Positions 8,537-16,389 of a DNA stretch of 64,000 nucleotides are shown piece after piece (positions within the stretch are counted from its first letter, which is position 1; each line of letters starts with the position of its first letter). Origin of the DNA: Candidatus Babeliales bacterium (GTDB taxonomy: Bacteria > Babelota > Babeliae > Babelales > JABCYS01); assembly GCA_016929235.1 (NCBI GenBank), contig JAFGJD010000004.1:171164-235163 (forward strand), given 5' to 3'. Under the pieces are notes generated by a model. The model did no database searches, was not told the origin of the DNA, and saw only the letters and a list, made by a program, of their open reading frames with translations. The position numbers and the translations under genes were made by a program.

Positions 8537-10174
8537 TTGCAAGTAAAAACCGAAACACGAGTTGGCGTTTTTATCATCATTGCCATCGGTATCTTCTTTT
8601 ATATGACGTTCCAGATTGGCGTCTTTCGGCTTGATCGTAGTAACTACGTCCAATACACGGTGTATTTTGAAGATGTTTCTGGATTACAGAAAAAATCGGA
8701 TATCAAAATTGCCGGCGTAAAAGTTGGGTGGGTTGAGTCGGTTGATCTTTTGCAAGATGAGATGCAGGCCAAAGCTCATATAATGGTTCAGAAGAAATAT
8801 CGTTTGCATCGTGATGCATATGCGATTGTCCGTCAGGATGGTCTGTTGGGTACTAAATACTTAGAAATTGTTCCAGGAGATCCCCTTTTGCCTGGACTTG
8901 GATCTGGTGAATCTTTGAGTAAGCCTGGTAAGTCGCCCGTTGATATCGATGAGTTACTTCAGCAGTTTAAGGATATTGCAACAAATGTAGAGGATGCGAC
9001 TGACTCTATCAGACATGCTATTGGTGGTGACGACGGAAAGACTAAGCTCAAAGAAACATTTGATGATCTTAATGCTGCCGCAGATCGCATGGCAGAATTC
9101 TCCTCAACCTTTAACAGAATTTTGACGAATAACGAAACAAATGTTGATTCCATCATGTCCGATTTCAAAAACTTTAGTCATGATTTGAAAGATGGATGGC
9201 CCACGATGCAACAAAGTATTGAACGTATTTCTGATGTAGTTGATCGTGACTTTCAACGTTTGACTGACAAGTTTGAATCAACAGCAGAATCTCTTGAGGA
9301 AGCGGCTATTCAAGCGCGCCAAGGATTACGGAGCTTTGGTGAAGTTGCAGATAAATTGAATGAGGGGCGGGGTCTACTTGGCAAACTTATCACCGAAGAT
9401 GAGACGTACCACGATATTAAGTATGCTGTTCAAGGCCTCAAAAATTATTTTGCCAAGATGGAGCGTGTTGGCATTGTCTTTGATGCGCACTCAGAAGCAA
9501 TGTGGGGTAAAGCAGAATATTTCTATGATCCGCTCGATGAAGATTTTTACATGCAGGATGCTAAGGGTTATTTTGGTGTAAGAATTCATCCAACAGAAGA
9601 TTATTTCTTTGTTATGCAAGGCGTTTCAAGTCGCAAAGGATGGATAGAGCGAGAACATATTGAACGGGTTGTTGAGCCAATTTTGATTGAACGCATTGAT
9701 GAGTCGCTTCGAATGGGTGATGAAGTGACAACAACATCTGTTCCGGTAACGATTATGGCGCCAGAACCTGGTGTAGAACATATTACGACACGTCACCAAC
9801 GAGACAGTCGTCTCAGATGGAACTTGCAACTTGCTAAGGCGTACAAGGATCTTGCGATTCGCTTCGGATTGTTTGAAAGTTCGGCAGGTGTAGCAATCGA
9901 TTATGACTTACCATTGCATTCTGATAGTTTCCGTTGGATTACCAGTATAGAATTGTATGACTTCCTTGGGGATTATCGTATTAATGATGGTAATCCTCAC
10001 CTCAAGTGGTTGAACAGGGTCTTTGTCTTCGATCATCTATACATGACCTTCGGTGCTGATGACTTTATCAGTAAACACAACGCCAATGCATTCTTTGGTG
10101 TCGGATTACGGTTTGGCGATGATGATATCAAGTATCTAGTGTCAAAAGCTGGAACTGGTTCGTTGCTGGAATAA
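8537..10174 (+). CDS. MCE/MlaD-domain protein with coiled-coil and beta-rich C-terminal extension
   Basis: TTG start 15 nt after the gspK-like stop, with a GGGGA SD-like upstream. N-terminal TM segment followed by an MCE signature (..YTVYFEDVSGLQKKSDIKIAGVKVGWVESVDL..AYAIVRQDGLLGTKYLEIVPG). A helical middle is followed by about 230 aa of alternating-strand sequence. Confidence 0.8.
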   Translation: MQVKTETRVGVFIIIAIGIFFYMTFQIGVFRLDRSNYVQYTVYFEDVSGLQKKSDIKIAGVKVGWVESVDLLQDEMQAKAHIMVQKKYRLHRDAYAIVRQDGLLGTKYLEIVPGDPLLPGLGSGESLSKPGKSPVDIDELLQQFKDIATNVEDATDSIRHAIGGDDGKTKLKETFDDLNAAADRMAEFSSTFNRILTNNETNVDSIMSDFKNFSHDLKDGWPTMQQSIERISDVVDRDFQRLTDKFESTAESLEEAAIQARQGLRSFGEVADKLNEGRGLLGKLITEDETYHDIKYAVQGLKNYFAKMERVGIVFDAHSEAMWGKAEYFYDPLDEDFYMQDAKGYFGVRIHPTEDYFFVMQGVSSRKGWIEREHIERVVEPILIERIDESLRMGDEVTTTSVPVTIMAPEPGVEHITTRHQRDSRLRWNLQLAKAYKDLAIRFGLFESSAGVAIDYDLPLHSDSFRWITSIELYDFLGDYRINDGNPHLKWLNRVFVFDHLYMTFGADDFISKHNANAFFGVGLRFGDDDIKYLVSKAGTGSLLE

Positions 10175-10206
10175 TCTGTCTCTACCATAGTCCGATAGGT
10201 TACGCG

Positions 10207-11637
10207 ATGACAATGCGGCTTATCTTCTTGTGTTATATAGGTACTTGTTGTGGGGCTCCCGTATCATTGTTGGAACAATCGGCTTATTGTCTGGGATGTA
10301 CAGTAACTATTCCTCTTACCAATGCAGGTGCGCCCGATCTTTCAAAGCTTGCATCGTACATTTACCATCTCTCGGATAGCAATGAACGAGCGCGCGCCAT
10401 AATTGTTGATGAAGTTCGTAAACGATACGGCTCTATGCTTGCTCAGATAGAACAACAATGGTTTCCAGATGATTGTTCAACAAGTGATTGTCTTGCCAGT
10501 CGCTGGTACCACGAGAAGGATGTTCCTGCGTGTGCAACGAGGCAGTATGTCTATAATTATCCAAACCCAACACAAGATAGTCTATGGTTTCTATTGCCGC
10601 ATGATGAGCATGATGTAGCCTTAGGCAACGATGCGAATTGTGCTGATCAGACTCTCAGAGCTTTAAAGTTGCTTGCATCGTATCATGCGCATGACCGTGG
10701 ACATCGTATTCGTATGTTTTCGTGCAATGTGCGTACGACTATGCAGGCCATCCATGCGTTTATCCAAGAAGAGTATGAAGATGGTATTGCGCCGCTTGTA
10801 TGTGTTACTCATCGAGAAAGCAGTCCTTTAGTACAGGAACTTGCTATGACCTATTCTGTTGATTTGTATCTTCATCTAGGAAATGGATATAATCCCGAAC
10901 ACGGTAGGGGTGTTCCGGTACTGAAAATTCCTTATCAAGAAGAACAGCATCGATCCTGGTGGTCACGCGCATTGCCAACGCTGCTTGTTGGTGGTGTGGA
11001 AAAGACAGCAACGTTTGTTAGCAAACAAGTGTTACTTGCAGCTCGTACACCGCAGGGATACACCAGAATTATGACAGCGGCGCGTTCAGTAGGTGGTGAT
11101 GTGGTAATGAATGGTCTTCATCAAACAACCCGTCTTGGTGCATATCTTATGAAGAATCCTGCCCTTGGTCATTATGCATATGCGGCGGCGGTTATTGTTC
11201 CTTTGGCATGGGATGCATACAAAGCATATAGCAATGACAGTGGTGCGATAGAGGCAGGAAGCAATAGATATTGCCACAGTGGAGGAATTACTCTGCAGAT
11301 GTCGGTTCTGAATCGGGAAAGTACATACGCAGAACTACCTAAAATGATCAAGGCATTACCCTATATTATGAGGGATATTATCGAGCATTTTCAATTTCAT
11401 GTAGTACGGGGAGGCACTTTTTGTGTTGATATAAATGAGGCATATGATCCACCATATGTGATTATGCTTGCGCCTCAACAGATGTTGCATGTTCCTGACT
11501 ATCCTGTTGTTCTATGGCCTTCTCAGATATTCTATGACCATAGAGATTCTGCTGGTTGCTATGACCAAGAAGTTGGAGAGAGTACGCGCCAATCAGAGTT
11601 ACTTGTGCGGCGTTACGCGGTTATTGTGCCAAAATAA
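10207..11637 (+). CDS. hypothetical Cys/His-rich secreted protein
   Basis: 476-aa ORF 32 nt after the MCE gene on the same strand. Hydrophobic N-terminus (MRLIFLCYIGTCCGAP). No motif recognised. Confidence 0.55.
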   Translation: MTMRLIFLCYIGTCCGAPVSLLEQSAYCLGCTVTIPLTNAGAPDLSKLASYIYHLSDSNERARAIIVDEVRKRYGSMLAQIEQQWFPDDCSTSDCLASRWYHEKDVPACATRQYVYNYPNPTQDSLWFLLPHDEHDVALGNDANCADQTLRALKLLASYHAHDRGHRIRMFSCNVRTTMQAIHAFIQEEYEDGIAPLVCVTHRESSPLVQELAMTYSVDLYLHLGNGYNPEHGRGVPVLKIPYQEEQHRSWWSRALPTLLVGGVEKTATFVSKQVLLAARTPQGYTRIMTAARSVGGDVVMNGLHQTTRLGAYLMKNPALGHYAYAAAVIVPLAWDAYKAYSNDSGAIEAGSNRYCHSGGITLQMSVLNRESTYAELPKMIKALPYIMRDIIEHFQFHVVRGGTFCVDINEAYDPPYVIMLAPQQMLHVPDYPVVLWPSQIFYDHRDSAGCYDQEVGESTRQSELLVRRYAVIVPK

Positions 11638-12185
11638 AGTAGTTGTTGTGATAATGTTTTGGCCTGTTCGTATTGTCGTTTGATTGTGAGATTTTCCAGT
11701 TCTTGGATAGTTTGCTGTTGTTGTTTAAGTGACTCAGCGGTTATTTGTAGTAGGCGGCCAAGGCAACAGTACCACAGTAATTGTGCATACCAATGTTGTC
11801 GTTGTAGAAGATGTAGTTGGTTTACAATTTGATCCAGAGGAGAGGAAGTGCTAGATGTAGGCGGTTGCGCGAGTACTACAATTATGAGCAAGAATAGAGA
11901 TTGAATCGTGTCATGATGTATAGTCTGTTTTGGTGCAGTAGATTCTTTCGGGAGATGGCTTTTGAGAAGGACAATAGCTGTTGTATTCTCGTGTTGTTGT
12001 GCGTGATCACAGAGTGTATCAATAAGTCTAGGCGTTAATCGGTGTAGTCCAAACAGTTGTAGTTGGCGTATGAGTGTTACATCTCCTCCACATTCTATGG
12101 TTTTTTTGAGTTGTGCAATATTTACTGCGTTGACATTCCAATGGGTGCTACTCAGGAGAACACATAACGTTATTATCTTTTTCAT
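11613..12185 (-). CDS. hypothetical secreted protein
   Basis: The listed ORF 11613-12380 is trimmed to internal ATG 12185, which gives a signal peptide (MKKIITLCVLLSSTHWNVNA). The longer version would overlap the upstream gene by more than 230 nt. Confidence 0.5.
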   Translation of the reverse strand: MKKIITLCVLLSSTHWNVNAVNIAQLKKTIECGGDVTLIRQLQLFGLHRLTPRLIDTLCDHAQQHENTTAIVLLKSHLPKESTAPKQTIHHDTIQSLFLLIIVVLAQPPTSSTSSPLDQIVNQLHLLQRQHWYAQLLWYCCLGRLLQITAESLKQQQQTIQELENLTIKRQYEQAKTLSQQLLYFGTITA

Positions 12186-12840
12186 AATAGTTCTTTTTTT
12201 TGAATACTTGTGTCCATGTAAGCATATAATGAGAAAGGGTGTTAAGTTGCTCAATACTAGTTTGTGCTTGCTCTTGCATAAGAATATGGTTACGAAAGAA
12301 CATGGTGAGAGGGGTCTTAGCAATGAACGAGCGCAGTGAAAGATAATTTTGTAACATTTCCTTTTCGCCAATGATATCATTGAGTGCCGCTATACACGGC
12401 TCGAGCTGGTTGTATTCATTTTCGCAATATTTTACGTGGACCTCGTACAAAAGATCTTCGTCATTGTAGGAATGGTATCGCAGCCATGTTGCCCAAGAGT
12501 CAGGAGATGAGAGAATGTGCTCTCCACGCTTTATAATCGCAATACAATAGAGAAAAACGAGACTACCCCCTGCGAGAAACAATGAGTGTATAGGGTTATA
12601 CCGTGATGTTGTCGCAGGAAGAGCTGTTGGTTCTTGAATTTGATGAATATGTGTTACGGCATGGGTTCCATGGATTAAGATTCCATGAGATCCTGAGTAA
12701 CTTTGTATAGGTTCTGATTGTTTGAAAGCGAGAGCCCCAAGTGTTGCTGAAAAAAGATAAGGTAGTGCTTTTGAAATAACAACACCGCCGGCGGCTACTA
12801 TGCCGCCTGCAATTGACCACATACGCATCCCTTCCCCCAA
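12148..12840 (-). CDS. hypothetical membrane protein
   Basis: 230-aa ORF with two hydrophobic segments (WSIAGGIVAAGGVVISKALPYLF; LFLAGGSLVFLYCIAII). No motif recognised. Confidence 0.5.
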   Translation of the reverse strand: MGEGMRMWSIAGGIVAAGGVVISKALPYLFSATLGALAFKQSEPIQSYSGSHGILIHGTHAVTHIHQIQEPTALPATTSRYNPIHSLFLAGGSLVFLYCIAIIKRGEHILSSPDSWATWLRYHSYNDEDLLYEVHVKYCENEYNQLEPCIAALNDIIGEKEMLQNYLSLRSFIAKTPLTMFFRNHILMQEQAQTSIEQLNTLSHYMLTWTQVFKKKNYYEKDNNVMCSPE

Positions 12841-12934
12841 AGAGCATCTCTTTTCTACACTAAGGGCCGTAAGTTATAAAAGGCAAGGGTTTGTCCGTAA
12901 GAATATCAAAAACTATCTATGTAAGGAGTCTGAT

Positions 12935-13420
12935 ATGAAGAGTATTTTATTTTTTATTCCTGGTGCAGTGGAATTATGTATACTTTACCTGGCTATTCTT
13001 ATTGCTTCGCTGATTTTTATGAAGCAAAGAGGTATTACAAATAAAGCATTGATTTGTATATCATTGTTCTTTGCATATCTACTTCAGATATTATTCTGGA
13101 CGTTGCTTATTGATCATTTTATTCCTTGGCTGATCTCCATGTATGGGGTTAACCCTCTTCGACAATTAAACCCATTTGTAGGGTACATTTCGTGGCCGGC
13201 AACGTTGATCAACCTCGGGGTGCAAATGGTATTTACCCTTGTCCTTAACGTACGTGTGATGCTTGGTCTATTTGCAGTTGTTGGCAAACCGATACAACCT
13301 CGTTTAACGCTAACTATTGCAATGATCTTGAGTACGGTCGTCGGTTATTTATTTAAGTATTCGATTGGAGCGGGATTGTTCAGATTATTGTTACGAGCTT
13401 CTGTTTTTAGCCTTCGATAA
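12935..13420 (+). CDS. hypothetical multi-pass membrane protein
   Basis: ATG 12935 is preceded by AAGGAG (12923-12928). Four hydrophobic helices. The listed start at 12800 would overlap the divergent gene. Confidence 0.55.
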   Translation: MKSILFFIPGAVELCILYLAILIASLIFMKQRGITNKALICISLFFAYLLQILFWTLLIDHFIPWLISMYGVNPLRQLNPFVGYISWPATLINLGVQMVFTLVLNVRVMLGLFAVVGKPIQPRLTLTIAMILSTVVGYLFKYSIGAGLFRLLLRASVFSLR

Positions 13421-13861
13421 TACCGAAAGTAGCTCATTCTCTTTGGCTTGCATTTGTTCGTATTCCTGATCTGTTTGATGATCGTATCCGAGCAAATGAC
13501 AGATACCATGCACAATCAATATGCGTAGATGATCCTGGAGTGTCCGTTGCAGCTCATGGGCGCCTTCACGAGCAAAGGCTGGTGCAATAATAATATCTCC
13601 GAGGTTTTTCTCATCGTCATTGTGTGGCTTTATACGTTTGCCAGGGCGCAGATCGTGGTGCATGGGAAACGAAAGAACATCAGTGACATAATCCTTGTCT
13701 CGGTATTGTTTATTGTATTGATGCATGCCAGCATCTGAGATAAAAAGAATGCCGATATCAAAATCGCCATAACCAAGAGATGTTAATAATTCTTGTATAT
13801 CTTTTTTGATGACAGCCTTATCAAGCGATATAAGTGATTGCTCATTCTTGATGGTAATCAT
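13391..13861 (-). CDS. ybeY: rRNA maturation endoribonuclease YbeY
   Basis: 156 aa with the zinc motif HGICHLLGYDH. 4-nt overlap with the upstream valS. Confidence 0.9.
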   Translation of the reverse strand: MITIKNEQSLISLDKAVIKKDIQELLTSLGYGDFDIGILFISDAGMHQYNKQYRDKDYVTDVLSFPMHHDLRPGKRIKPHNDDEKNLGDIIIAPAFAREGAHELQRTLQDHLRILIVHGICHLLGYDHQTDQEYEQMQAKENELLSVLSKAKNRSS

Positions 13862-16308
13862 GCATCCACCACAATGGTTGCAAATAATTGACCATCATGC
13901 TTTATCATTTCAGTAGTACCAGTAGATGCGTATGTAATAGTTTCCGCTTGAGTAACTCCGAAGAGCGTTGCTTCATTCTGTTGGAACACAGGGAGAACAT
14001 CTTGATTTTCTATTACTAAGGTTAATGTCTTGAGTGGAGTTTTTAATGAAAGTTGCTGTTCTGTTTTTAGCCGCCTGACCGCATCAATTACGGCAAGCAG
14101 ATGTAACATGTCATTAGCGCTATGCTGATAGTTGTATGAGATTTGTATGTCTTCAAACCGTGTTTGATGCAGGGATTTTGGCATGCCCAGGGTTCTATAA
14201 AGTTTTTGATAAATAGTTTCAGTAATGTGTGGTAAGTATGGCGCATACCATTGTAAAATTCTTAATCCAACATGATGGAGTGTCCATCTGGTTGCAGTAA
14301 CGATTGCGGCATCGTAGCTCGTTTCATTGAATAATTGGTGCTTGATAATCTCAAGATAGTTGTCGCAGAAATCATGCCAGAAAAATCTTTCAATGGTAGA
14401 TAACGCAAGTCCAAACTCATGTTTTTCAAGGTATGACTGGTAGCTTGTAAAAGTTGCACTCGCCTTGTGAAGCAGCCATTCATTTGTGGTGCCAAGAGAG
14501 TCAGGTTTTTTATTAGGTGTTTTTATGATGTGTTCTTTTGTAAATAAGAATGCGTTCCATAACTTGGTGACTAACTTGCCACCAATTTTCAATTGGTTAT
14601 CTGAGAATGGAACATCGTGACCTAAGCTTCCAGATGCGGTCCAATAGCGAATGGCATCAGCAGAATAGGTTGCCAGTAGATTTTCTGGGGTAAGCCGTAC
14701 ATTGCCACGTGACTTAGAGATTTTTTCTTTTGAATCACTCAACACATGTCCTGAAATAACAATATCATTCCAAGGTATAATTTGTTGGTGCATCCATGCC
14801 TTGACGATAGTATAGAATGCCCATGTGCGAATGATATCATGTGCTTGGGGCCGCATACTCATTGGCAAGAAAGACGTGGATTCAAAAACATCGCTATGAT
14901 TTTCATACAAACTTTTACATAAAAACGGTGTTAGTGAAGATGTGTTCCATGTGTCCATGATGTCAGTATCAGGAGTAATGTTGGAACCCTTACACTGAGG
15001 GCATGATGTCGGGGCATCGGTTTCTTGTGGGTCTACAGGCAGCTGTGAGCTATCTGCAAGAATCACTTCGTTGCATTTGGTGCAGTGCCAGGCTGGGAAT
15101 GGGATACCATAGAACCTTTGACGTGACAGACACCAATCCCAACTAATATTTTCTACCCAATTAATATAACGTGGCTTCATAAATGAAGGATACCAATTGA
15201 TGGTATCTGCGAGCTCAATAAACTTCTGTTTATGGTCTAAAATATTTAGGAACCATTGCGTGAGCATGACGTATTCGATTTCTTTTTTGCAGCGCTCGTG
15301 GACATTGACAGAATGAGTGATGGCTTTCTGTTGGACCAATGCCCCCGCTTCTTTGAGCACTTCAATTGTTTTTGCTCGAGCCGCCGCAACGCGAAGCCCT
15401 GCAAGAATGCCAGTATTTTGCGTCCATTTGCCATCAAGGCCAACAGATTTTTTGAATGGGAGGTTATATTTTTTGTACCAAGCAATGTCAGTCTTATCAC
15501 CAAAGGTGCAGACCATCACTAATCCTGTTCCTTTTTCTGGATCAACATCTTCATCTGTCATAATGGGGACGTCAAAATTGAACACCGGAACAATAGCTCG
15601 CTTTCCTTTTAGATGCTGATAGCGGCTGTCATGTGGATGATAGAGTAGCGCAACACATGATGGCAGCAATTCAGGCCGTGTAGTCCCTACAACCAATGGC
15701 TTACTGTCTGAGCTGGTAAACACTATATCATTGAAATGTGAAGCAACCTCTTTATCATCGAGTTCTGCTTGTGCAACTGATGTACAGCATGTAGTGCAAA
15801 ACAAGGCAGGTTCGTGTTTGCGGTAAATAAATCCTTTTTTATAGAGTCGTATAAAGGATTCTTGAGAAATTTTTCGCACTCGATCATCAATAGTGGAATA
15901 ACATGCGCTCCAATCGACTGAAAGACCCATGGCGCGCCATAGTTTTTCAAATGCCTGTTCGGCTTCCTTGGTTTCTGCTAGACAGAGCTTGATAAAATCT
16001 GATCGCTTCATATTGGGAGCGTATACGTCTTTTTTCTTTTCAACATATCGCTCAGTTGGAAGTCCATTATCATCGAAGCCAAATGGATAAAAAACTGAGT
16101 AACCCGACATTCGTTTATAACGTGCAATGATATCGGTTTGTGTGTAGGAGAAGATATGGCCGATATGCAGGGTTCCGGAGACTGTCGGAGGTGGGGTGTC
16201 TATGGTATAGGACATCCCTGGGTTATTGGCGCGGGAATAGGTCTGCTCCTGTTCCCACTGCTCCTGTATGGCACGCTCAGCTTGTAAATGGGTATATTTC
16301 TTATCCAT
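13858..16308 (-). CDS. valS: valine--tRNA ligase (short form without C-terminal coiled coil)
   Basis: Class I signature TPPPTVSGTLHIGH and KMSKS-type KISKSRGN. Editing-domain-sized insertion. 816 aa. Confidence 0.9.
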   Translation of the reverse strand: MDKKYTHLQAERAIQEQWEQEQTYSRANNPGMSYTIDTPPPTVSGTLHIGHIFSYTQTDIIARYKRMSGYSVFYPFGFDDNGLPTERYVEKKKDVYAPNMKRSDFIKLCLAETKEAEQAFEKLWRAMGLSVDWSACYSTIDDRVRKISQESFIRLYKKGFIYRKHEPALFCTTCCTSVAQAELDDKEVASHFNDIVFTSSDSKPLVVGTTRPELLPSCVALLYHPHDSRYQHLKGKRAIVPVFNFDVPIMTDEDVDPEKGTGLVMVCTFGDKTDIAWYKKYNLPFKKSVGLDGKWTQNTGILAGLRVAAARAKTIEVLKEAGALVQQKAITHSVNVHERCKKEIEYVMLTQWFLNILDHKQKFIELADTINWYPSFMKPRYINWVENISWDWCLSRQRFYGIPFPAWHCTKCNEVILADSSQLPVDPQETDAPTSCPQCKGSNITPDTDIMDTWNTSSLTPFLCKSLYENHSDVFESTSFLPMSMRPQAHDIIRTWAFYTIVKAWMHQQIIPWNDIVISGHVLSDSKEKISKSRGNVRLTPENLLATYSADAIRYWTASGSLGHDVPFSDNQLKIGGKLVTKLWNAFLFTKEHIIKTPNKKPDSLGTTNEWLLHKASATFTSYQSYLEKHEFGLALSTIERFFWHDFCDNYLEIIKHQLFNETSYDAAIVTATRWTLHHVGLRILQWYAPYLPHITETIYQKLYRTLGMPKSLHQTRFEDIQISYNYQHSANDMLHLLAVIDAVRRLKTEQQLSLKTPLKTLTLVIENQDVLPVFQQNEATLFGVTQAETITYASTGTTEMIKHDGQLFATIVVDA

Positions 16309-16389
16309 AGGTACTATCGATTATGGTTACAAGGCATAGAATTTTGATGTTTTATCAGGATACTTGCCCCGATACTGATAGTCAAAACT

